This document shows positions 13,289 through 24,803 of a stretch of DNA of 64,000 nucleotides, in pieces. The first letter of the stretch is position 1, and each line of letters begins with the position of its first letter. This DNA comes from Cycas panzhihuaensis (Eukaryota > Plantae > Cycadophyta): the NCBI GenBank assembly GCA_023213395.1, contig CM041465.1, positions 197,787,741 through 197,851,740 on the forward strand. The letters are read 5' to 3'. Made by a program: the position numbers and the translations under genes. The notes below the pieces were generated by a model, which was not told where the DNA came from, ran no database searches, and saw nothing but the letters and a program-made list of their open reading frames with translations.

Positions 13289-13301
13289 CTCTCTCTCTCT
13301 A

Positions 13302-13334
<33 letters not shown>

Positions 13335-13348
13335 TACACATACACACA
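13289..13348. repeat. (CT)n(CA)n compound microsatellite
   Basis: Direct. Confidence 0.9.
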
Positions 13349-13753
13349 TTTTTCTTTTGCTATTGGTTTGCCATACTTGAGATAATCATTCAAATTAACT
13401 ATATGTAAAGGTTGAAGATCATAAATGAAGACAGAGTGGAGTAGATTTCTTTTCAATCTATATTGAAAATCATTTTGAACTATATCAATTCAATCCATTT
13501 TATACATCATTAACAAATTTCATATAGATTGGTGGTGTTGATGAACACCGGGGGTCTTGAGCCCTGAAATATATATTTCAGAGATGGCCAGGAGCCTGCC
13601 TCAACCTTTAAATTTAAAATATAATAAAATAATGATAAAACACAAATAAACATAAACAAAATAATCTTACCTAATGACTATAGTGGCTTGTATGGTCCAA
13701 AGATTCTCTTGTATAAATATATGTAATAAACATTAATTCCAATATTCTCCCCC

Positions 13754-14470
13754 ATAATATTCATTACATACATCTTCAAACTTTTCTTTGAACTTGTGAA
13801 ACTTATACTTTAGGAAAACTTTGAGATAGAGATCGAGCACTTGTTCCTTTACTTTGTCACCATCATGTATTATTATCCTTACAATGTAGTCCTCTTTAAT
13901 AATGTGTGGCTCATGTGGCTTCCAAGCTTATCTTAGTATAATGAGATTGGCTTAAGTATGTATGGTTGCATTAAGATCTTTGTCTTCTTCATCTTTTACT
14001 ATGTTGGAGTTAATTGGGTCAATGGTATACATAGCATTATAAAATTCAAGAATATAATTATTAATTTGGTTGGAATCATTAATGGTACATGCAACATTAG
14101 CGAATACATCATTGTTAACTTGCTCTAACATTTGTCCCACATGTAAAACATCATCAATATAATTAATTTTATCTTGTTCTATATTGTCTCCCCCATAAAC
14201 TAATTCCAAGGTGTCTCATGTAGGTTTAGACATGGTCATTTTGCTTATATTAGTGAATATAGTATCATCTAATACACTAAAAATTAAAGTTAAAGCCTCA
14301 TTATCTTTTCTCATATTTTCTTTAAAATTTAGTTCATATTCTAAGTAACCATCTTTTACAAACTTCCAAAGATTATTTGCAATAAAATATGATTTTATTA
14401 TTTTACTCCAAAATTAAAAATCAATTCCATGGAATATGGGAAAGCTTATATTACCAATATTCATTGCCAT
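13754..14470 (-). pseudogene. gag: Degenerate mini-Gag with the same layout as 2878-3575
   Basis: MAMNIGNISFPIFHG...ANNLWKFV...RKDNEALTLI...DDTIF...LVYGGD; tail LKVFLKYKFHKFKKK before the PPT. Confidence 0.75.
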
Positions 14471-15064
14471 TGTAAAAGACTTTAATATATAATTTAAAAA
14501 GTATGATCTTAATGAACAAATAATAATCCTTTTAACCTCTAATAAGAAAATAACTTGAGATTAGCATGCAATAAAACCTCCTTTTAAATGAAATTTTAAA
14601 TGGATACTAATAATATTCCTTCTTAACAAATAAGGAAGACAACTTAACAATGAAATGAAATACACATATCTTTTGAATGAAATCAATGTGACATGAGTGT
14701 GCCCCTTTGAAATAAAGTAAATATAAATCAATAATTTTTTTAAAATGATACAATATAAGCCTTGAGACAATGAACAACTTAAAATACAATAATCTCTTTT
14801 CAAATAAAATCAAATCAATGAGATTCCTTCTTAACAAACAAAAGAAGGTAGCTAGACAATGAGATGAAAAGTATATCTCTTTTGAGATAAAATAATGTAA
14901 GATAAATGTTTTCCTTTTGAAACAAATATAAAGACTAAATAATCTCTTTTTAAATGAAATCAATAAATCCACCTTTTGAATGAAGTGTATAAATGAAATA
15001 ACAAACTTTCAATATAATTCAAATGGAGGAAATGAAATACTTTTTTAACGATCTTATGCAAGGG

Positions 15065-17614
15065 TGGACGCGCTGCCACGGGATAACTACCTAACTGATA
15101 GGTGTGGGCGGAGTAAGTGATGAAATGATAGAAAGTGGAACCTAAAAGGCGGGTAACTACCACGCAGAAGCGCCTGTCTTGTGGGAGGCGAGTTCGGGAT
15201 CTGCAATGGAATATGGCTACTACTGGGCGACCCTTCACCACCTTGAGCAAGGGGCGAAGGTACGTAGGATGAACCTGAGTTGACCTGGGAATAGGACCCT
15301 CCCACCCTTGGGTGGCCAGAAGGGGAAGAGAAGGCCCTCTTGGAGACAAAGCCAAAAGCAATCCTACACAACTGACCGGATATACAGGTGATACGGAAGC
15401 AATACGCTCGTCTGAGTTAAGGAGAAGGAAGGAAAGGTAAGGACAAAGAAAACTCTTACAACCTTTCCTACGGATAATAGAGGGTGCATGCAACAAAGCA
15501 AATGTGTCGCAAACAAATACAAAAGCAATTTCTCCTTTTAATCTTTCAATGTTCTAATTACTAAGAAAGGAATAAAAGGAAGAACAAGGGTAGCGAAGAG
15601 GAAGGAAGCGTGCACCGGGCCAGGCGTCTTGAGATGACGTAGCCTCCACGAGGAGCACCCAACCACTCCGCGCGACGTACCAGATGCGGGATGTAGCGGC
15701 GGGCTAAAAAGGGGGTTCCTTACCCTCCCTGGAAAAGTAGATGCGATACCAAAGGAAGGAAAGGAACGCTAACTAGTAAATGAGATAGCATAAAACATGA
15801 TACATGCAAAGAGCACTTACCCAGAGAGGCCAACTGCAACGTTCTCCGCTGCCTCAAGTACCTGCAAGCAACAAGGGTCTCCCTCTTCCCGAAGGAAGAG
15901 CACTAACATGCAACGCAAAGATCCAACAATATATGTCCAGCAACATAAACAAGAGTCTAAATATACATGCGTTAGCGTTAGTCCAATAAGGAAAATACCA
16001 AAGGAAAGTGACCCAAATGAAAGGAAACAACAAGGCAAGCCTCGGAGTGGCCTACTTCCCGTAAACGGTGCCCCAACCTCCCCCCAGGAGCCACAAGGCA
16101 GCGAGGAGAAAGTCAAGAACCAAGGCTGGAAAATGGCTCAAAAAGGGGGCAAGAGAGACCCAAAGATATCCACGGGGGACCGGGATGCTACAGGGAGCAA
16201 ACCGGGTAACCGGGGAGCAAGGGTGAAGTAAGAACCCGTGGTTGGGGCCTATGGATGGCACCCAAACCTGAACAAAGGGTCCCAAATCAGCGCTGCAACT
16301 TGTGACAGTGCTGGTCCCAACCCTTGTTTGCAAGCCAAGGGAAGCACGGGGCGAGAGGGAGGTTTTGGGGGGCTGAGAGCCTTAGGAGCGTGGAAGGTGG
16401 TACTAATCCACCCAGCTCCTCTCCAAAACCTATGCAACCCCTCAACACCGCTGCCTTGGACAGCAAACGCAGGCAAGAAGCACAGGGAGAGTGGTATAAC
16501 AATCCTCCAAATGGAGGGAAACTAACTCTCACGAAATAAGTAGAAACAAATAAGCCGAAGCATAAATATCACAAAAAGACAAATACAAAATGAAGAGTAC
16601 CTGGGAAGGGGAGGCAAAGGATTTGCCTCAGCTAAAGGATGTCAAGAAGGGCCGGAAAAATAGCCACGATATGGAGTGGAGCAGCTAGGGTCCTCGCTAC
16701 TAAGTGTGACAGAAACACACGCAAACGGGAACTCGTGGCTGCCTGGTAGAAACCAACTGGAAACCGCTTCAAAGGAGCCCTCTCCAAGGCGTTTGAGGGG
16801 CTGAGAGAATGTCTCAACCAAGCCAAAGGAGAGCTGGGTGCTGTATGAAGAGGTGCAGGTCCGATTACAAAGAAATAGCAGAGAAGAGCAGAGCAGGAGA
16901 GTGTTTTTCTTGAGAGCAACTCCAAAAGTGAGTCCAAAAGGATCTTTGAAAATGAGCCAAAAAGGGCTTAAGTACTCAAGCAAAACCCTAAAGCATGCGA
17001 TTAGGGTGCAGCTGGAAGAGAAATAAAGTGCGAGCCACGTGGCAGTTTCGCAATAAATACGAAATTGCCACGGCGGATTTTTAAAAACAATCAGGCAGAG
17101 CGTCTGGCCGAATATTCATGATCTGAATATTCGGCGATCGCAAAAATCCGTGATGCGCACCTAGGGCTGAAAATGGGGCCCACCAACCAGTCCAGGTTGG
17201 GGGCAGACGACCGAAAAGGCTGACATAACGCTAAAACACCCACCCGGGAGCAAACAAGCCAATAAAACGGGTCCAAAGGAGCAAAAATAGGGCTCAAGTG
17301 GGGTGGCAAGTTGACCAAACGATGATGAGTCATCACACGGGTGGAGGTGGCGCAAACCTAGTGGATCCTGGAGCGAGGAGGGCAGATGCGGGAAGTAATA
17401 CGGTCACCAAGGTGCCACACTCGCTGGGAGTGTGCCCCCACTATAGTCGTCATAGGCTAGCATAGGTGTGGATGACTACAAGGCCGCCCACAAAGTCATA
17501 CACATGCAGATACGCAAGCAAACATCCAGTAAAAGAAAGCGATGATAATGCGAGAGACATACCTGCACTTACCTGAGTCGGTGATTCCATATCCATTACC
17601 GGAAGCCGGGAACA
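15065..17614 (-). repeat. 3' LTR of the Tat-like element
   Basis: Colinear with 24804-27357. Confidence 0.95.
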
Positions 17615-18009
17615 TCGCCTTGGCGTGAGCCTCGCCGCTCGGAAGCCTGGTGCGATGGCGAATGCTGGCAACACAACTGTCAGTAGCACATGTGTATATA
17701 GATATATCAATCAAGATCATAACAGTAGGCAAGGGTGTGCCATGAGTGTCGTGGCGGACGCTGTGGATACGAAGCGCGGTGGAGACAACATAGGGCCGCC
17801 ACGCCACCCGAAACCGATCGAGAATGAGACAGGTGAGGGGGCTGCCCCCACCACAAAGGATGCAAAGGAACATGCATAGCTAAATAAAGAACAAATAGTG
17901 GATACCATAGTTTTACCTCATTAGTAACCCGGTTTCGGAGGTGCGAACGGATCGCGAAGCAAAGTGACAGACAACCTGGGGCTTGGGCGACGGGAAGGCC
18001 AGGCAAACC

Positions 18010-18429
18010 TCAGGGACGGTCAGCAAGAAGGGAGAGGCGGCGCTCAAGGATGAGGCGAACGAGGCTATCTGCCTCAGCGTTGAGGGCCCGAGGGATATGC
18101 TGGATATCAACAGAAGAAAAGCGGGCCAGGAGGGATCTGGCGGCGGAAGCAAGAGTCCTCAAGCGAGGGCATCGCACCTGGTAAACCTGGGTGAGATGGG
18201 ACACCACAACTTGAGAGTCGCAAAGTAAAACAATGGGTCCGCGGTGGATCTGAGGAGCATCGATGGGGCTTCAATATGTTGTATACTCGGCTTCATTGTT
18301 GGTAGCCTCTGGGAGGAAGATCCCAGAGCGGAGGAGATCATGTCCAGAAGGGCTGCGGAGGATCCATGCAGCAATAGAAGGTCCAGGATTACCACGGCTT
18401 CCGCCGTCGGTAAAGATGTAGACAGACAT
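18010..18429 (-). CDS. Stand-alone archaeal-type/Tat accessory RNase H (two apparent frameshifts near 18275 and 18230)
   Basis: MSVYIFTDGGSRGNPG...TNNEAEY...VLLCDSQVVV...IQHIPRALNAEADSL; all D-E-D-D catalytic motifs of RNase HI present. Confidence 0.88.
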
Positions 18430-18930
18430 CGGCGACACAAAATCCAAGTAATCGATAGGGTGATGAAAGCAACGCACAACAAGTCAGCAGAAAATGGCCG
18501 TGAAGGGTAGGAGGACCTAGCAATGAGGTAACCTGTGAGAACAAACAACTGATCACGTGAGAGTGGTGAGGAGAAAACCCCTTGGAGTGCCAAAAGGTCA
18601 CCTTTAGAAAGCGAAGCATGCCCCCGAGTGGGGGGGAATTCCTTTTGGGGACTCCAAGAGCAAGAAAGGATCATGAAATGAGTCCAGGCGAAACGAGCCA
18701 AACGAGTATAAACTCGAGCAGCAGGGAGTAGCGCCAGAAAACGATGCAGAAGGGCCCTGGCCAAAAGCGCGATGATGACGCACCATAAATGCCCTTGCAG
18801 GAGGGCAAAAAGGGCACCAATATAGCGCGATTGATGACAGGGCCAGAAGGCAAAGGTAATCGGGGCAACGAGACAGTCCCAACGACTGACGCGAGACCAA
18901 AAACAGAGGAAGTGCCCGTTGGGGGCCCCG

Positions 18931-18941
18931 CCTATATAAGG
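18931..18941. promoter_or_regulatory. Near-palindromic TATA (CCTATATAAGG) between aRNase H and the antisense ORF
   Basis: Reads as TATA on both strands; G-box CACGTG at about 18554; function inferred. Confidence 0.4.
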
Positions 18942-19219
18942 AAATGAACGGGAAAATGGATTCATTTTCACCAGCTCTCGTACGAAACCAAAGCCATTCC
19001 CTTACGCAGTGGAGCGCCACCCAACTTTGGAGGCACGTAGAGGGAGATCAGACCGTTGGATCGGAGAGCGGGGAGAGCCAGCACGACCGACCGGACGATA
19101 TGGTAGTAGCGAGACCAGATCCAGTGAGTGGATATCACTAAACCTGACCCAAATCAAAGTTCAAAGTTTGTGGCTTTTGTAGCTTTTAAGGTTAGTTTAG
19201 CATAGTCTAAGTGCCCCTT

Positions 19220-20022
19220 ATGGGCAACGGAAGGCTTCCCGGGATCCAAATCGGACCCAGAAAGAGGCGGGGAGAGCCAGGAAGAGAGGATGCCGCACGA
19301 CCGGAGGATCAGGCGGCCACAGCAGGTGAGAGCCAACCTTTTCCAACGTCACTTAGCATCCAGATAGATGTTTGGTTTGATTTGATCATGGTATATAGAC
19401 TGACGTATGGCGTGTTGCATTGGCAGGTATGGCAGAGATCAGGAGACTGATAGAGGCTGTGGCGAGGGAGATATTCCCTCAGGTGTACGCAGAGGGGCAA
19501 TCGCCCATCCAGGCAGGTGATGAGCCTAGAGCAGCGGGAGCCCACAGAGAGGCGTTCGCCCCATTGGTGAGGGCGAGGGACATATGGGTGCAGAGTCCCA
19601 AGAGCATGCTACATCCTGAGGACGACTGCAGCGGAGAGAGATGATGCGAGGCGAGCGAGATGAGGCTGCAAGGGCTGCACAGCTCTAGAGGCACAGGTGG
19701 TGCGGTGGAGATGAGGAGAGCGAGAACCCGGCTAGTAGTGATCACCGAGCATCTCGGGGTGGTGACAGAGGAGGCACTCGGGAGGCGGGATCGTATCCAG
19801 CCATATCGATCGGTAGTAAGCGAGATGGTCTCGAGGTCGAGCGAGCAGGACATGAGACTCCACAATGGACGACCCCGAGATGGCCGAGATGAGGAGAGCG
19901 AGGCGGGCGGCTCGCGGAGGCCTGGAGGAGCCTCGGAGGCATGTGGTCCCTGTGAGAGGGATCACAGAGGCCGGGAGATGGCACCCAGGGAGGCGGGGCC
20001 ACAGTGGGACATGTATATGTAG
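19220..20022 (+). CDS. Putative spliced antisense accessory ORF (charged, coiled-coil-like), interrupted near 19640
   Basis: GT-AG intron 19326-19426 (AG|GTGAGA, branch CTGAC 19400-19404, GCAG|G) joins ORF 19211 in frame to ORF 19420; downstream T/G-rich 3'UTR-like tract 20020-20280. Confidence 0.5.
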
Positions 20023-20610
20023 ATTTGTGAGGGAAAGCCACGGGCCTCAGGTCATATATAGGACCATATGATTGTACCCCCATGAGGACACTAGCTTCCA
20101 GGATGTATGATGATATGATTTTTGATATGTACATATATATATGCATGGGGTGATTGGAACCCCATTTGGATATGAGATGTTGTGTGTGATGTGTCATATG
20201 TGGATGATATGTATATTTATTTTTGTGTATTGTGAATGTTATGTTGCAGATGTTTTATGTTGTGGATATTTTGTTATATGACGCACGTTTCCTCCCATGT
20301 ACGACCACACGCCTAACGAGGGCACACACACACACACCGTGAGCGGGGCGACATAGAAGTGTGAGGTTAGGGAGGCGGGACTGAGTACATGTCTCTGAGG
20401 AGAGCATAGCGGGATATGCGAAGGAAGCAATGCGGGGGAAGGGGAGCAACGATGCCCCAAGTGTCTTCTGGTTGGGGATGCCCAAGCAAGATGACACAAG
20501 GGTTCCCAAGAGAGTATGGGAACGCGGGTTCATGGAAGGAACCGAAAAGAAGAAGAAGGAGTCCATCTTAAGTTGCCACTCTACCCGTGGTTGGGAAGAA
20601 TGGGGACAAC

Positions 20611-20990
20611 CTAAGATGGTAGTTTAAACTCATTTCGAGCAAGGCGAAGGAATCGCCGAGGATCATCGTAAAACTTCTTAAGGAACATCCCATTAACGGC
20701 TTTCTCAAATTCGAGCCCTTCCGTGGTGGCTATCTCAGAAGCACCATTATCGAGGGATTCGATAATGACAAAGGGACCAACCCATCGGGGTTTGAATTTG
20801 GTCAAACGGTCATGGAGATATTCGAGCTTGAGGACGTAGTCCCAGAAACAAAGGGCGGGAGCAGGCGTTTATCATGAGTCCTTTGTGGCGGGCTTTGGAT
20901 GCTAGGTTAGCACGATAGGCTAAGCGTCTCTCATCCAAAGCTTCGAGGTCAAGCAGGGCTTCATCATCCTCGAAATAATCCACCCCATGG
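20611..20990 (-). pseudogene. Integrase C-terminal remnant (GPY/F module) only
   Basis: EALLDLEALDERRL...KFKPRWVGPFVIIESLDNGASEI...VNGMFLKKFY; no HHCC or DDE core upstream. Confidence 0.88.
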
Positions 20991-21437
20991 ATGACCCTAC
21001 TTCGAGTAGGAGAGGCGTTGGAGGGAGTGAGAGCAACGGGACCGTGATGACCATCGGGTTGCTTAGCTTCCTCGTGGAAATCTGAAGGAAAAACAGAAAG
21101 GTGCCCCTCGGAAGGAGCGAAAGGCAATTCCTCAAAACCATTACCTATGGGGGGTAATGAAAAAGGAGAACTGGCGACAGGTGGGTCAACACGAGCGATG
21201 ACGTGTGACACACACAAGGGGCTAGCCTCACCAACGAGAGAGGTTCTAGACGGGGATCTAGAACAAGGCAGGTGCGACCTATTGGAGCGAAGGAAAGAGA
21301 CGGGGTAAGGACAATCCTCGTCTTCGTCGAGCGACTCATCATCGCTGAACGAAGCAAGGTACCCGTAACTCCCAACGCCAATAGGGGCGAACCGCGTGAG
21401 ACTAGGAGGAGAAGACGCGGGGTCTTCCTCAGACGAG

Positions 21438-22022
21438 TTAGGTATCCCAATAGAGCAAGTTGAGGCATGAGTGGATGAGCCTTGGTTTCTTAGAATCGGT
21501 AGAGCGAGTTTGTTTAGAAAAAGGGCGTTCACGGGGGATCACTCTCATTCGTCCGTCATGGACGAACTTAAGTTGTCCCCAAAGGGTCAAGCACACGGCT
21601 CCCATTTGATCGAGCCATGGACGACCTAGAAGGAGGTTGTAGTCCACATCAACGTCAAGGACTACAACGTCGGCAAGAACGGTCTTACCCTCAAGGGTAA
21701 GCGGAATCGCGGCTGCATCCTGTGGGGTCTTCTCGCTACCGTCATACCCTTGGCATCGCCAGGGAACGGGTTCCAAGGCGGAAATACCAAGCTCTTGCAT
21801 GACACGCAAGGGCATGGCATTGACGGAAGAACCGTTGTCGATGACAGTTCTTCGAAGAGTACAATCAGGTGTATTGATGGTGATGGTGAATGGGAAGTTC
21901 CACTGACGTTCCCTTTCACCGGTAGGGGGAAGATCCTTAGGATCAAAGGAAATAGCGGGTCCACCACCTTGGGCGACACCCAAAGCGTGGACAGGTACAT
22001 CACTCGACCCTAAAGCTTCCAT
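21438..22022 (-). CDS. Retroviral-type aspartic protease domain
   Basis: RRTVIDNGSSVNAMP...DYNLLLGRPWL. Confidence 0.93.
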   Translation of the reverse strand: MEALGSSDVPVHALGVAQGGGPAISFDPKDLPPTGERERQWNFPFTITINTPDCTLRRTVIDNGSSVNAMPLRVMQELGISALEPVPWRCQGYDGSEKTPQDAAAIPLTLEGKTVLADVVVLDVDVDYNLLLGRPWLDQMGAVCLTLWGQLKFVHDGRMRVIPRERPFSKQTRSTDSKKPRLIHSCLNLLYWDT

Positions 22023-22034
22023 GAGGAGGGCCCG

Positions 22035-24630
22035 TTACTCGGGACAACTCCTCAGAACGTCCATCAAGGACATTCCCGCGGCGACCGTATGGAGCTCGTC
22101 CACGACAGAGAAAGGCTTACCCTTCCCGGTAGGTTGGGTAAGTGCCCTTCGGAAGTCGTAACGACCTGGGCGTATAGGAATAGCCTTGGGAAAAAGAGGG
22201 ACTTCCGGAGGAAGGGTCTCCGGAAGAGGGTCGGAAGGAGCAGGAGGACAAAAATCTCCCACTGCTTCCTTAGCGACTTGAGATCGCGTGAGGGCAAAAG
22301 TGGGAGTTGCTTCAAGCAACTGGATCACCTTCTTCCCCCTGTTACGGGGTCGTGAAGGCGACGGGGTGCGACGGCTAGGAGAACGAGAAGAGGAAGAAGA
22401 ATTCCTAGCGTCCTTCCCTTTATCGCGGGAAGGACGGGGATCCGACGATCTTCCTCGGTTACGGTTGTTCTTGGTTTGGGTTTTGCGATCACGTTCCCCG
22501 TGCTTAGGGAACGGATCCTTATGAACTGGTTGGTCCAAATTAGGCCTTGAGGCCCGTTTGGGAGAAGAATCGCGTCGAGGGGCATCCTTTGGATCGGGCC
22601 CTACAACGCGAATCGTCGTGGAAGTAATCCCCATGAATGGAGCACCACTTCTTCTCAAGCGAAGGGTCAGACCTCCTCGCTTGAGAGGACTGGGCGTTTC
22701 CATTCCTGGGAAGAGGGGCTTAGGTAGTTTGTTGGACTTGCTTGTTTGACGTAGGAGATGAAGGATCTTGAAGCTTGAGCTCCTTCATCGTACGCTCGAA
22801 TGAGTGTATAGCTGATGTGAGAGGGTCTAAAGTCCTCTCGGTAGGATGAGAGGAAGACCGCGTCGGCTGGGAAGGTTTGGTATCTTTGGTAGGGGGTGGT
22901 GCCTCACTGTGAGGGCTTAAGAGGTTTCTTGAGACCCGCTTGGATCTCAATAGCCTCCAACGCCAAACACTTGGCGATCGCGGAATCACATGTGGTCGCC
23001 CCCATCTTGAGGACTTCCACGTAGACTTCGGGACGGGCGCATTGTGACAGTCGCGCTTCAGCTCCTCGGGCAATGTTGCCTTAGTGGAGTGAAGCAAGTC
23101 GTGGAATCGCCGCACAAAGTCACGATTCATCTCATCGTGACCTTGTTTGAGCGAGAGAAGAGACTTCATTCCGCTCTTGAATGGATGAGCTACATCAAAA
23201 TAGTTGATGAACTCATCCACCAATTGCTGGAATGAATGGATTGAATGGGCAGGGAGATGGTAGAACCACTTGAGGGCGTCACCCTGCAAGGATCTAGGAA
23301 ATAGTTTCATCAAAATATGGTCGTAAGCCCAGTAATCGATGCATGCCATAGAAAAACTACGGACATGCTCATGGGTCTTCTTGACGAAGTCCCATCGAAT
23401 CTAGGAACTTGAGGATGAGGCGGCAAGTTGGTTCGCAACGCCTCACCGAAAGAGGGTTGACCTAAAGTCCATGAAGGCGCACCTTGCACGAACCATAGGA
23501 TCAATGTATGTCGGAGTAGGTAGCGCACAAGGAGCGGATGGGGGTGGAACACCCATCCCTCCTTGAGGAAGCGCCCCTTGCTGAAAAGGGGCGTGGGAGT
23601 AGGTGCCTAGGAAGGGAGTCGGGTTCCCTTGCGAAGGCACAACGGATGGGGTTGCGTTGGAAGAAGGGTAAGATGGATGTGGAACTGGGTTTTGCCCATA
23701 TGGGCCACCCGTAGGTGGAGTAACCCCATATGGGTGTAGCGGATCCACCCCATAAATGGGAAGACGACTTCCTCTACCCTGCCCCCAAGGTTGAGAGGTA
23801 TATCCTGGGGGAACGTAGAAGGAAGCACCAACGTGCTGGGCTGGAGGATGCGTGGGAATGGATCCCACATGACTAGTGGTTGGGAAGCTAGTAGGGCCAA
23901 TAGGCCTACTAGGGATGGTATGCGCCACATTAGGAGATGGCACATTGGTTTGATTAGGAGCGGGTATGCTAACCCTCAATTGAGGGAAAGACACACCACG
24001 AGAAGATCCTGAGGCATTAGGACCTTGATGAGAGATGGAAGATGCCACGCACGCCCCCATTGCAGGGAATGAGTGGGACGTACGTGTAGGCACGAAAGGA
24101 TTTGTGGTCATGGGAAGGGTGGATGAGGATGAAGCATGAGGTGGGGGAGCGGAAGAGGAAGAGGCCCCTCCACGAAGAACATCCTCAAACCACCTAGGAC
24201 GCGGTTGCAAGCGTGTTGCGCGGCAACACTCATTGAAAGCTTCAACTACGTCGACAGGAGGAGTCCCAACACACTCGTAAGAGGTGATCGGAACCTCAAA
24301 CAAGGTAGGATCCTCGGAACGTTCCTCATAAGAATTGCCAACTACGTGGCAACCCTCAAGAGGAACGGGTCCTTCTACGGTGTGGGTAGAAGGATGAACA
24401 TCGAAAGAACGGTGTTGGTCATTTGGATAATAAAGGGGGTCGTTACCCTCTTGGGCGGACCCAGGAATAACAGGAGAAAAGGCATGGGTTTCCATGGCTG
24501 AAGTATGGTAGGTCCAATCGGAAGAGTATCCCTCCATAGTCGGATCGAAATCCGACGAGGCAAGAGGGCAATACTCAGGGTCCTCTAACGAAGGAGGTAG
24601 ACTGCGCAAACGACGAGAGAAACGCCGCAT
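22035..24630 (-). CDS. gag: Gag (long Pro/Ser-rich N-terminus, Retrotrans_gag core, CHHC knuckle, basic RS tail), frameshifted
   Basis: VPRFDG...KLFPRSLQGDALKWFYHLP...SFQQLVDEF...LKQGHDE; WCSIHGDYFHDDSRC at about 22600-22650. Confidence 0.9.
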
Positions 24631-24784
24631 GCAAGGTCAACCGACAATGTTAGGAAAGGAGAAAAAGCGGTAAAACACATGCGTTGGGGGGTGCCCAACG
24701 TAGAAATGAAGGTAAGTATGAAAAGGATCACACAAGAGTAGCGAAACCAACCGAAGAGAGCGAAACTAGATCCCTTACTGGCAG

Positions 24785-24802
24785 TCCCCAGTATGGTCGC
24801 CA
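24785..24802 (-). promoter_or_regulatory. Primer-binding site, tRNA-Arg-like (Tat/Ogre type)
   Basis: TGGCGACCATACTGGGGA, 1 nt from the LTR end. Confidence 0.8.
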
Positions 24803-24803
24803 G

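Noticed and set aside
18159-18971. 270-aa minus-strand ORF overlapping aRNase H
   Set aside because: Mostly an off-frame reading; only a short piece (IEAPSMLLRS) belongs to the frameshifted RNase H
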